Positions 40,592 through 49,984 of a stretch of 64,000 bases of DNA are shown one piece after another. This DNA is from Candidatus Hydrogenedentota bacterium (GTDB lineage Bacteria; Hydrogenedentota; Hydrogenedentia; Hydrogenedentales; SLHB01), in contig BTWA01000015.1 of assembly GCA_045863295.1 (NCBI GenBank), positions 1 to 64,000 of the forward strand, given 5' to 3'. Below the pieces are notes generated by a model, which saw nothing but the letters and a program-made list of their open reading frames with translations, did not search any database and had not been told where the DNA came from. Within the stretch, counting starts at the first letter, position 1; each line of letters starts with the position of its first letter. Position numbers and translations under genes: made by a program.

Positions 40592-42163
40592 TTACGAAGC
40601 CGTAAGGCGACTCAGATATCGCTCAAGCTGGGTGTAACCGCTCGGTTCATCATAGCGGGCCCCATCCGAAGGATCCGACGGATTCAGATTCTGCTCAGTC
40701 TCCCAAGTATCTGGCATACCGTCTTGGTCCGTATCCGCAGGTGCAGATTCACTCATCAATCCTGGCCATCCGCCTACATCCTTTTGCGAATCGATGATTC
40801 CCTTCTTCCCGCCGCCGTACGTAGCGCCGAATTGTGCGGTGCCGTTGCGAATTTCTTCGATGATCCGCGCATCGACGCTGTCGCGCCGGTGTGAACACCC
40901 GGCTTGCGCGAGTATGAGTTCAAACGCTTCTTCAGCGGATTGCGTGGTCACCGGGGCCACGACATAAGGCTCATTCACGCGCAGCGTTAGTTCTGTCGCT
41001 TCGCCGTCGGGGGCAAAGTCGATTCCGCCGGCCCAGTTGTTTGCCGTAATTTCGGGGAAACCAAACACAAAATTGCCGTCGCAATACATTTTCCCTTGCG
41101 CGGCCTTCTGCAAAAAGATGCGGTCTTTCACGCTGTCACCGGTGGCGGGGCCTGACTTGTAGTAATTGTTGATCCAATTGCGCGGCCAGAGTTCCCCGCC
41201 GTATGCGCTGTTGAATCCCCAGTTGTAGATGACATTGTTTCGCATGTCGAGCAGCCCGGATTCCGCATTGCCCGATGCGCGCGGGTTGCGGCTGGAATGG
41301 TGGGCGAGAATGTTGTGATGAAAGGAACCTCCAGGGCCGCCCCAGAGGCCGCCGTAGCCGTGATTGCCTTTTTTGTGAACCGAGTGGTAGAGACTCTCGG
41401 TGATCATGCACCATTGTGCTGTGAAGTTGGAGGCCTTATTGAACGAGAATGTCTCATCGACGCCCCAACTGACGGAACAGTGGTCGATGATAATCTGATC
41501 CCCCTCACCGCTTAAACCGTCCTGCTCCACCTTCAACTCGTCACCCGGCCGGAACCGCATATACCGGATGATAACCTGATCGGTGTCGATTTTTACTTGG
41601 TAGTTCTTTACGCAAATGCCGTCACCGGGCGCGGTCTGGCCTGCGATAGTGATGAAAGGATTCTCAATTTCCAATTCTGATTCGAGTGGAATCGTCCCAG
41701 AGATATCGAACACAACTGTGCGTGGGCCCTCGGCTTCGATTGCGGCCCGCAGGCTACCTGGCCCCCTATCGCCGAGGTTGGTCACGTGGATTACCTTTCC
41801 GCCGCGCCCGCCTATGGTGTACTTTCCGAAACCCTCTGCGCCGGGAAAGGCCGGCGCGTGATTGGGGCGGAAGTTGCTGAGAATGAGATTGTCCGACGTA
41901 TATTCCGTGTCGCAAAGCCAACCTTCGGGCAATATGATTGAGTCATATCTACCTTCAATCGCCGTGACTTCCTGGGAAACTATGGCGAAGCTGCAATTCT
42001 CGTGCGGCTTTATACGGCCGGCAAATTGTACGACCAGAGTACCGCCTAGCGTGGCTCCTGGAAGGGATCCAATTTCTGCTGCATCGGTGATGGTAATCGT
42101 ATCCGTATATGCGCTCAGGCTTGTTACGCAGTACGAGAGAAGGAACAGAAACCGAATATACAT
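40592..42163 (-). CDS. Pectate lyase (PL1-like)
   Basis: AFPGAEGFG, GGRGG, GSLRAA, TIAGQTAPG, IIDHCSVSWGVDE, SRNPR, DTDQDGMPD. Confidence 0.9.
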   Translation of the reverse strand: MYIRFLFLLSYCVTSLSAYTDTITITDAAEIGSLPGATLGGTLVVQFAGRIKPHENCSFAIVSQEVTAIEGRYDSIILPEGWLCDTEYTSDNLILSNFRPNHAPAFPGAEGFGKYTIGGRGGKVIHVTNLGDRGPGSLRAAIEAEGPRTVVFDISGTIPLESELEIENPFITIAGQTAPGDGICVKNYQVKIDTDQVIIRYMRFRPGDELKVEQDGLSGEGDQIIIDHCSVSWGVDETFSFNKASNFTAQWCMITESLYHSVHKKGNHGYGGLWGGPGGSFHHNILAHHSSRNPRASGNAESGLLDMRNNVIYNWGFNSAYGGELWPRNWINNYYKSGPATGDSVKDRIFLQKAAQGKMYCDGNFVFGFPEITANNWAGGIDFAPDGEATELTLRVNEPYVVAPVTTQSAEEAFELILAQAGCSHRRDSVDARIIEEIRNGTAQFGATYGGGKKGIIDSQKDVGGWPGLMSESAPADTDQDGMPDTWETEQNLNPSDPSDGARYDEPSGYTQLERYLSRLTAS

Positions 42164-42271
42164 TGATTACTCCCGCCAATTGGCATTTGCACCGGCGATG
42201 GAATCCACCTTCATTTGCGCGGCACAGCCCATGATGGTAGCATGAAATCATCACAAGGAGGTCAACGCACG

Positions 42272-43138
42272 ATGCGCACTATTTGTATTGGATCCGTTGC
42301 CGCGATTCTGGCCGTTCTGCCTGCGTTGGCTCAGACTGAAATCAAACAAATCACTTTTGGCGACAAGCGGGACGTGGATCCCATGGTTTCGCCAGATGGA
42401 AACCACCTGGCCTTTTCAAGCAATCGCACCGGTACATTTAACATTTTTCTGTACACGTTTGGCGAGTCGGGCATTGCACAGCTGACTCAGGGCAAAAAGG
42501 ACGACCGGCACCCCCATTGGCTTCCGGACAACAGAAAGATTGTGTTTTCCTCGAAGCGGACTGGCAACGGCGATCTGTACGTCACCGACCGCCAGGGCAA
42601 AGAGGGTTTCTTGCAGATCACTGATCGCGACCATGTGGAATCGTTTCCGTGTGTATCGCGCAGCGGGGCGATCTCGTTTACAACGGCGCCGGACAAGTTG
42701 GTGCCATTGAGGACAAACGAGCATGTGGCCTATTCGGCAACACAGGGCGCCGCGAACAATGCGAAGCAACTTGGGGAGGGCGATCAGGCGCGATTTTCGC
42801 CGGATGGCAAGAAACTGGTTTTCGTATCGGACCGCACGAAGAATAAGGATATATGGGTCATGAACGCCGACGGTTCGCTGCAAACCCAGTTGACGACGGA
42901 TGCAAAAGACGATCAGCATCCCGCGTTCTCGCCTAACGGCAAGTCCATTGTGTTTACCTCCAACCGGGCGGGCAACAACGACATTTGGGTCATGGACGCG
43001 GACGGAGGCAATCCCCGGCAATTGACAAGCGGTGGAGACGACGAAGAGCAACCCTGTTGGAGCGCCGGCGGTTACATCTACTACGTGAAGAAACAAGGCG
43101 AATTCACGTCGAACATTTTCCGCATGAAGGCGCCATGA
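42272..43138 (+). CDS. TolB-like PD40-repeat protein
   Basis: Signal peptide; repeated P-x-(F/V/W)-S-P-D-G-x-x-(L/I)-x-F-x-S-x-R. Confidence 0.88.
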   Translation: MRTICIGSVAAILAVLPALAQTEIKQITFGDKRDVDPMVSPDGNHLAFSSNRTGTFNIFLYTFGESGIAQLTQGKKDDRHPHWLPDNRKIVFSSKRTGNGDLYVTDRQGKEGFLQITDRDHVESFPCVSRSGAISFTTAPDKLVPLRTNEHVAYSATQGAANNAKQLGEGDQARFSPDGKKLVFVSDRTKNKDIWVMNADGSLQTQLTTDAKDDQHPAFSPNGKSIVFTSNRAGNNDIWVMDADGGNPRQLTSGGDDEEQPCWSAGGYIYYVKKQGEFTSNIFRMKAP

Positions 43139-43148
43139 CCGCGGGTGT

Positions 43149-45161
43149 TCAGGCTCTATTCAAGAGCGTGCGGACTTTCTTCAACAACTGGTCCCGATCA
43201 TAGGGTTTTTGAATCCAGTCGATGTCCTTGCCCGGCTTGATATCCGACGCCACAACGCGTGAACTGTATCCGCTGCAAAGTAACATCGGGATATTCCGGT
43301 CTCGTTCGCGCAAGCGTTGATACAGGTCCATTCCGCTCAGTTTGGGCATCACGATATCGGAAACGATCAGACTGATGGTCTCGTCGGAATCTATAATTGA
43401 AAGGGCTTCCGTACCGTTGCCTGCAGCGATTACCGTATATCCGGAGCGCTCAAGAATTGTCTTGGCCAGTTCGCGCAGGACCTTGTTGTCTTCGACCACG
43501 AGGATTGTCTCAGGTCCGCCCACGGCGGCGGATTCCACTTTGCGATCGACGGCCACGGCGAGCCGCTCCGAACTGGGCAGGTAGATTTTGAAGATGGTGC
43601 CCTTTCCCAACTCGCTGTAGCAATGGATGAATCCATCGTGCTGCTTTACAATACCGTAGACGGTGGCCAAACCCAGGCCTGTTCCCTTGCCTTCTCCCTT
43701 GGTGGTAAAGAACGGCTCAAACACATGCGCGGCGACTTCCGGGGCCATACCTGTGCCTGTATCGGACACGGACAGCAAAATGAATCGTCCTGGCCGTGCC
43801 CAAGGATGGCTTTCCATATAGGAACCGTTAATAAGTACGTTTTCCGTTTCGATGCAGATGCGCCCTCCGCGCGGTGAGGCATCTCGCGCATTGATGCATA
43901 GATTGAGCAACACTTGTTCCAATTGTCCTGCATCGGCCTCCACAGTTCCGAGGTTGTGACCGGGGATGAACTCCAGGCTGATGTCTTCCGAAATGACGCG
44001 CCGTAACATGTCGAGCATGCTGTTGATAATTGAATTGAGGGCACATGGCTCGCGTTGCAGCAACTGCCTCCGGCTGAACGCGAGCAATTGCCGTGTCAGG
44101 CCCGCGGCCCGCTCGGCCGCATCCCGTATTCCGGTGAGATTGGCGTGCAAGTCGCTCTCTTCATCAACTTCGTCCATGCTGAGGACTGCGTATCCGAGTA
44201 TTGCCTGAAGCACATTATTGAAATCGTGAGCGATACCCCCCACCAATTGACCCACCGAATCCAGGCGTTGGGTACGATTCAACTGATCCCGCATTCGCAG
44301 TTCTTCCGTCACGTCCCGCTGCAGCACCACGTAGCCCGTAATGCGTTGGTATCGATCGCACACGCTTGAGACAGTTGTGTCGCAGGTGTAAAACTCGCCG
44401 GCCTTCGTCTTGTTGATGAACTGTCCGTGCCATACCGCGCCACTGGTGATGCAATCGTAAAATTCCCTGTAAAACTCGTCTGAATGCTGGCCGCTCTTGA
44501 GGATGCGCAGGTTATTTCCTTGCGCTACGCCTTCGGCATATCCGGTCATATTGACAAAGGCGGGATTTACGTATTCGATGGTGCCGTCGGCGGAGGTGAC
44601 GACGATGGCTTCCGCCGCGCATTCGATGGCGGTTGCGAGCCGTGTCAAACGTTGCTCGGCCCTTTCGCGATGTTCGATTTCCCGAGAGAGCTGTTGGTTC
44701 TTTTTCTGCAGGTCGGCCGTTCGAAGGGCCACGAGCTCTTCGAGATGATCCCGATGTTTTCGCAATTCCGCCTCGGTTCGGGCGCGTTCCATGGCATATC
44801 CGATCGTGCGATCGATAATCTCAGGATCCACGCGGCCTTTCACCAGATAATCCTGGGCACCGCCACGGGCCGCCTGATGGGCGATGGATTCGTCGTTTAG
44901 ACCGGTCATAATAACGATGGGCATCAACCCATTGATGGCGCGCATCCGCTCCAGCGTTTGCAGTCCGTGGGAATCGGGAAGCGACAGGTCAAGCAGCACG
45001 ACATCGAACTCACGATCGGCGAGCATACTGGCGGCATCGGACATTCGATCCGCCACGTCGACGGAGTAGCGAGTTCTCGAAATCTCACCTATGTACTCCC
45101 GGAGCAACCCGGCATCGTCCGGGTTATCCTCCACCAGCAAGATTCGGATGAGGTCGGTCAT
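43149..45161 (-). CDS. Hybrid sensor kinase REC-PAS-HisKA-HATPase-REC
   Basis: LLVEDN/LLDLSLPD; YVNPAF; GGIAHDFNN; NARDA, DTGTG, GTGLGL; C-terminal VSDIVMP. Confidence 0.93.
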   Translation of the reverse strand: MTDLIRILLVEDNPDDAGLLREYIGEISRTRYSVDVADRMSDAASMLADREFDVVLLDLSLPDSHGLQTLERMRAINGLMPIVIMTGLNDESIAHQAARGGAQDYLVKGRVDPEIIDRTIGYAMERARTEAELRKHRDHLEELVALRTADLQKKNQQLSREIEHRERAEQRLTRLATAIECAAEAIVVTSADGTIEYVNPAFVNMTGYAEGVAQGNNLRILKSGQHSDEFYREFYDCITSGAVWHGQFINKTKAGEFYTCDTTVSSVCDRYQRITGYVVLQRDVTEELRMRDQLNRTQRLDSVGQLVGGIAHDFNNVLQAILGYAVLSMDEVDEESDLHANLTGIRDAAERAAGLTRQLLAFSRRQLLQREPCALNSIINSMLDMLRRVISEDISLEFIPGHNLGTVEADAGQLEQVLLNLCINARDASPRGGRICIETENVLINGSYMESHPWARPGRFILLSVSDTGTGMAPEVAAHVFEPFFTTKGEGKGTGLGLATVYGIVKQHDGFIHCYSELGKGTIFKIYLPSSERLAVAVDRKVESAAVGGPETILVVEDNKVLRELAKTILERSGYTVIAAGNGTEALSIIDSDETISLIVSDIVMPKLSGMDLYQRLRERDRNIPMLLCSGYSSRVVASDIKPGKDIDWIQKPYDRDQLLKKVRTLLNRA

Positions 45162-45188
45162 CGATACTCTCCAGTAAGGCTGTACTTC

Positions 45189-45635
45189 CTAATGCCGATG
45201 GGGCAATCGCACGATTGCAAACCAAAAATCCTGAATGGCCCCGACCACTTTCAGGAACTGTTCAAAGTCGACCGGTTTCTGGATATAACAGTTCACATGA
45301 CGCTTGTAGGAACTGAGAATATCTTCTTCAGCTCCGGACGTGGTGAGGATCACAACGGGCAGATCCTTCAAAGTGTCATCGGCACGAACCTCTTCCAGCA
45401 CTTGCCGTCCATCCTTGCGCGGCATGTTTAGATCGAGAAGAAACAGGTCGGGCCGCGGTACATTTTCGAAGGGCGGTTCCTTCCTCAGGAAGGCCATGGC
45501 CTCCACCCCGTCCTTCACATGATGCAAGTTGATTGCGAGCTTGGATTCCTGCAATGCCTCTCGGGTGAGGTCCACGTCATCCTGATTGTCTTCGGCCATG
45601 AGAATGTGTACTGGCGCGTGATGTTGCTCAATCAT
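45189..45635 (-). CDS. Single-domain response regulator (Rcp1-like)
   Basis: AEDN, PDLFLLDLNMPRKDG, LTTS, YIQKPVDF, DFW. Confidence 0.92.
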   Translation of the reverse strand: MIEQHHAPVHILMAEDNQDDVDLTREALQESKLAINLHHVKDGVEAMAFLRKEPPFENVPRPDLFLLDLNMPRKDGRQVLEEVRADDTLKDLPVVILTTSGAEEDILSSYKRHVNCYIQKPVDFEQFLKVVGAIQDFWFAIVRLPHRH

Positions 45636-47040
45636 GTAGGTTTCCCCTTGCTTCTTTCAGCGTGAAGTAGAATGTAGTACCCTCGCCCGGCGTGGATTCG
45701 ACCCAAATTCGGCCTCCATGCCGTTCCACGATTTTCTTGCAAATGGCCAACCCCACGCCCGTTCCCTGATATTCCTGGCGGGTGTGAAGCCGTTGAAACA
45801 TGAGGAAGATCCGGTCGGCGTACTGGGGATCAAATCCGATTCCATTGTCGCCGATGCTAATGGTCCATTCGCCCGAGCCGTTGGGACCCTTGCGCGCATC
45901 AATCTTGATTTCCGGTTTACGTTCTCCCCGGAATTTGATGGCATTGCCCAGAAGATTCTGAAATAGCTGTAGTAATTGGGACCGATCGCCCTGTACGGCA
46001 GGAAAGCGCGCTCGGGTTACACCCGCATTCGATCGCTTGATGCTGGCATCCAGATTGGCGAGGGCATCGTCCACCACGCTCGCCAGTGGCACTACGTCCA
46101 TTGGTTTTGCCTTGGTGGACAACCGTGAGTACGCCAACATGTCTTCGATCAGTTGCTGCATTCGCTTGGCCGCTGCGACGGACTTCTCAATGTATTCAAC
46201 ACCCTTGTCGTCGATCTTTTCCTTGTATCGGCGTCCTAGAAGTTGTACGTACCCTGAAATGGAGCGGAGCGGTTCCTGCAAATCGTGGGAGGCGATGTAT
46301 GCGAAATGCTGTAAATCCGCGTTTGCCGCTTCCAGGGATTGGTTGGACCGGTTGAGTTCGTCGGTATACTGTTCCAGCCGCTTCATGATTTCGTGCCGAA
46401 TCACGATTTCCCGCCGTACCCTGAGGCCGGCGGCACCGGCCACCAGCAGAATCAAGAGGGTGGAGAAAAGCAGCGTGGCCGCGGTAACGCGCGTGCTCCA
46501 CGCGATTTCGATACTTTTTGCCTCAAGCAGTTGCTCTTCTTCGTCGGAGAACTCACGAATGATCTGCCTGATCTGATCCATCGTCGTCTTGCCACGGTCA
46601 GTAAGTACAATGCCGCGAGCCGCATCGAATCCCGTAGACCGCATCGTAGCGACTGTCTCACTCATTTCGGCAAGTTTCTCGCGAATGAGCGGCTCCAAAG
46701 CAGCCAGTTGTGCTTCTTGTTGAGCATTTCCCGTGATGAGATCGCGCAACAATTCGATCTGGGGTTCGAGGCGTTCCAGGGAGAGCGTGTAGCGCTCTAT
46801 GTACCGGTCAGAGCCCGTAATAATAAATCCGCGTTGGCTGGTTTCCGCGTCGACTAAGGTCTTGAGGAGATCGTTGAGTGCCAACAGCACATTCTTCGTG
46901 TGGCGGGCACTTTCAAAATCATTGTAGGCCCGGTAGCTCCCCCACAGGGACACGCCCAGAACCGCGATGAGCAGAAGGGTGCAACCAATAAAGACGGGAT
47001 ACAGCAATCGGCCCAGGTTGAGTTGCTTTGCTTCTGGCAC
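45628..47040 (-). CDS. CHASE3-domain sensor histidine kinase
   Basis: DAETSQRGFIITG and GKTTMDQIR between two TMs; ASHDLQEPLR; NAIKF; GTGVGL. Confidence 0.93.
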   Translation of the reverse strand: MPEAKQLNLGRLLYPVFIGCTLLLIAVLGVSLWGSYRAYNDFESARHTKNVLLALNDLLKTLVDAETSQRGFIITGSDRYIERYTLSLERLEPQIELLRDLITGNAQQEAQLAALEPLIREKLAEMSETVATMRSTGFDAARGIVLTDRGKTTMDQIRQIIREFSDEEEQLLEAKSIEIAWSTRVTAATLLFSTLLILLVAGAAGLRVRREIVIRHEIMKRLEQYTDELNRSNQSLEAANADLQHFAYIASHDLQEPLRSISGYVQLLGRRYKEKIDDKGVEYIEKSVAAAKRMQQLIEDMLAYSRLSTKAKPMDVVPLASVVDDALANLDASIKRSNAGVTRARFPAVQGDRSQLLQLFQNLLGNAIKFRGERKPEIKIDARKGPNGSGEWTISIGDNGIGFDPQYADRIFLMFQRLHTRQEYQGTGVGLAICKKIVERHGGRIWVESTPGEGTTFYFTLKEARGNLHD

Positions 47041-47394
47041 GGCGATTCACACTCCAAAGACCCTGCAGGACTGTCGATGGAACACTTTCCGGCCTGAACC
47101 TGTGCCCGATTTCGCCGCACGCCCTCGAATTCCAACCGTGCTCCCCATGGACACAACGCACCCGGCCCGGCCAATTGTGACAAGTCGACACTACATGTAC
47201 CCGACCGAATGCATTATACACATATAACTCGAATATGCAGCCTTCTTATTGGCCTAAGTAAACTGTACCGCTGGACTGTTTCGCAGCCGGTTCCGGCTTG
47301 ACATCGCCGCGACGATGCGCCAGAAATACCTCGCCACTTTTAGGTGTTGTCTTGGGGAACTTTGCATTTATTGACACGGCATCAGGGGGAAACC

Positions 47395-48033
47395 ATGGGC
47401 GACTTGGACCATTTACTGCGGAATAACCGCGCCTGGGCGGCGGACATGGAAGACCGTGAGCCGGGCTTCTTTGAACGGTTGTCCCACCAACAAACACCGG
47501 AATTCCTTTGGATCGGCTGTTCTGACAGCCGAGTGCCGGCCAACGTTATCGTCGGTTTGGCGCCAGGGGAGATATTCGTGCACCGGAACGTCTCCAACCT
47601 GGCCATCCACACGGACATCAATTGTCTGTCCGTTATGCAATTTGCTGTTGATGTGTTGAAGGTCAAACACATTATCGTGTGCGGTCATTACCGGTGCGGC
47701 GGCATACTCGCGGCGCTCCGAAGCGAACATTTTGGCATCGTCGACATCTGGCTCCGGCATGTGCAGGACGTGCAGGAGAAGCATCAGCATCGGCTGAATG
47801 CACTGTCGAGGGAAGGCGATCAATGGGACCGGCTATGTGAACTCAATGTCATTGAGCAGGTGGTCAACGTGTGCCATTCCGCTGTTGTGCGTAACGCATG
47901 GGAACGGGGCCAAGCAATTGCCATTCACGGATGGATTTATAAGCTGAGCGACGGCATTATTCGAGACCTGCACATGACCATCGCAAGTCCAGACCAGATC
48001 GATCCCGTATACAAGGCCGCAATTGCCGGGTAA
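47395..48033 (+). CDS. can: Beta-class carbonic anhydrase
   Basis: WIGCSDSRVP, FVHRNVSN, CGHYRCGG, LCELNV. Confidence 0.93.
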   Translation: MGDLDHLLRNNRAWAADMEDREPGFFERLSHQQTPEFLWIGCSDSRVPANVIVGLAPGEIFVHRNVSNLAIHTDINCLSVMQFAVDVLKVKHIIVCGHYRCGGILAALRSEHFGIVDIWLRHVQDVQEKHQHRLNALSREGDQWDRLCELNVIEQVVNVCHSAVVRNAWERGQAIAIHGWIYKLSDGIIRDLHMTIASPDQIDPVYKAAIAG

Positions 48034-48049
48034 CAATTGTGCAACATAG

Positions 48050-49084
48050 TCACTTCACCGTAATTTGACCCACATAGATATCCGATTCACTCGGGCGGTC
48101 TTCGGAGCGCGTTTCGTGTTGGGAATACCAACTGACGAAAAACCGAGGGGTTGAGCCGCCTTCGGCCGAGGGGTCGGGTATCAACCCGGGATACGACGTG
48201 TCGCCGCCGCTGGGCAGGGTCAACAGTAGGTTGGCCTTGCCGTCTTTGATTTCCCACAACGATGTATTGAAACCACCGTTGGATTTTCCCCGGCCTGAAA
48301 CAAATACACGGTCACTCCAACGAACTACTACCGGCGAATGAATGACTTGGCCAAGGGTACTTCCTGTCCAGGACGTTCGTTCGGGATTGCTTCGAAACAG
48401 AAACGCTTCGTTGACGGTGTCTTCCATCCGCGTCACCACGGATATGGATCCGTCGGCTTCAAACAGCATGTCGGATTCGGTGGGCAAGCGATCCTTTGTA
48501 ATGCTGCTTACCAGCGAAAATGCGGCCCCGTTATCCGAGACAAGCAGAAGTGTTTCCCGTACTTCTGGCTTGGGGCGCACCGCTGTGTAGGCAAGTCCAT
48601 AAAACTTGCCGTCGTGGTACCGGACGCGCCAAACCCACCACCCCGCTTTGTAGATGCCGACCGGTTTTGACCATTTTTCCCCATCCGTAGTTGACGTGAC
48701 AAATGACTTCACGCTTTTTCGTTCCACCAACTCGGGACCGTCGGTATGCAGCAGGTCCCACGTTCCGAAATAGAGGTAAAGGGTGTCTTCCGTCGGGGCG
48801 AAGTGCGCATCCCGATCGTCTCCCAAGGTCTTGATCCGACCGCAAGGACTCCAGGCCTTGAGATCGTCACTACGAAGAATTCGAATCTCGCCGTCGCCGG
48901 ACGCATGGCTTTCGCCATGCCTGAATCCGAGGTAGTACTGCCCTTTCCAGTAAACCAGATCGGTAAACGCGTTGTGGCGCTCGTGGTGGGTCACACGGAC
49001 ACTCCAATCGAGTGTCGCCTCCGCGAAAGCGGCGACTGCCAGGAAGGAAATGAGCAAAATGCAAAGGCAGAGTGAAGTCCGCAT
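48050..49084 (-). CDS. Secreted BNR/sialidase-like beta-propeller hypothetical protein
   Basis: Signal peptide; HNAFTDL, Asp-box-like SDDLKAW and TTDGEKW, PSGGDTSYPG, WYSQHE. Confidence 0.75.
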   Translation of the reverse strand: MRTSLCLCILLISFLAVAAFAEATLDWSVRVTHHERHNAFTDLVYWKGQYYLGFRHGESHASGDGEIRILRSDDLKAWSPCGRIKTLGDDRDAHFAPTEDTLYLYFGTWDLLHTDGPELVERKSVKSFVTSTTDGEKWSKPVGIYKAGWWVWRVRYHDGKFYGLAYTAVRPKPEVRETLLLVSDNGAAFSLVSSITKDRLPTESDMLFEADGSISVVTRMEDTVNEAFLFRSNPERTSWTGSTLGQVIHSPVVVRWSDRVFVSGRGKSNGGFNTSLWEIKDGKANLLLTLPSGGDTSYPGLIPDPSAEGGSTPRFFVSWYSQHETRSEDRPSESDIYVGQITVK

Positions 49085-49253
49085 GGCACCCCCTTACATT
49101 TACGGTTGATTAGGCGTATCCAGTTTCGTGTTCTTCGACGTTTAAATGCAACTTGGCAAAATTTATATGTTGACAAAAATTGGTTTTTATTGAAAAATAT
49201 GTTACTAGTTTTATTTTCGACAACAGTTTACTGATCCAAGGAGTCCAATTCCC

Positions 49254-49781
49254 ATGAATCGGCCATGGATTGGCGCATGTCTGGCCCTAGGTCTACTCGT
49301 TTCCGGTTGCGTGACCGGCGGGGGCCGGACCAGCCAATCCCATATTCCCAGCGCCTGGCCCACGGATAAGGGATATCCAGTCACATCGGTATTTGGTCCC
49401 AGGCAAGATCCGTTGACCAGGGCGTTGAAGAACCACAACGGGTTGGACATTGCGGCACCCAATAAATCCGACGTGTTTGCCGCGGGTGCGGGAAGGGTTT
49501 GCTATTCCGGCCGTACGGATAACGGCTACGGCAATCTGATCGGTATTGACCATGGAAATGGGTTGGAGTCATGGTACGCCCATCTGTCCAAGCGAAAGGC
49601 CAAAGTTGGCCGCAGGGTGGATCAAGGACAGGTCATCGGCAAGGTCGGAAAGACGGGCCGGGCCACAGCGCCCCACCTGCACTTTGAAGTAAGACACCAA
49701 GGCAAACCTATCGATCCCGCACTCTACATTGCCGCTGAACCGCGGGTGCGCGTCGCCCGGGAGGAAGGCGGGGTTCCGTGA
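49254..49781 (+). CDS. M23 family metallopeptidase lipoprotein
   Basis: Lipobox LVSGC; HNGLD, GYGN, YAHL, HLHFE. Confidence 0.9.
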   Translation: MNRPWIGACLALGLLVSGCVTGGGRTSQSHIPSAWPTDKGYPVTSVFGPRQDPLTRALKNHNGLDIAAPNKSDVFAAGAGRVCYSGRTDNGYGNLIGIDHGNGLESWYAHLSKRKAKVGRRVDQGQVIGKVGKTGRATAPHLHFEVRHQGKPIDPALYIAAEPRVRVAREEGGVP

Positions 49782-49984
49782 GATTGAAGAATCTGCGCAA
49801 ATATCTTCTGATGAAACGTCTGGGGCAGCGCAGGCGGGCTATCGTCGATGCCGCGGCCGCGGACATCATCATACTTTTGCCGACGCATATCTCTCATGTC
49901 CGCGACGAGTTTTCGGACCCGCGCCATCGCAAGACCAAACCGTCCAATGCCGCCTGACTGGCATTCCCTCGTTCCTGGGCCGTC

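Noticed and set aside
49782..49984. Frameshifted C-terminal glycyl-radical domain of NrdD
   Set aside because: Minus-strand frames translated by hand show no CxxC pairs or RxxGY
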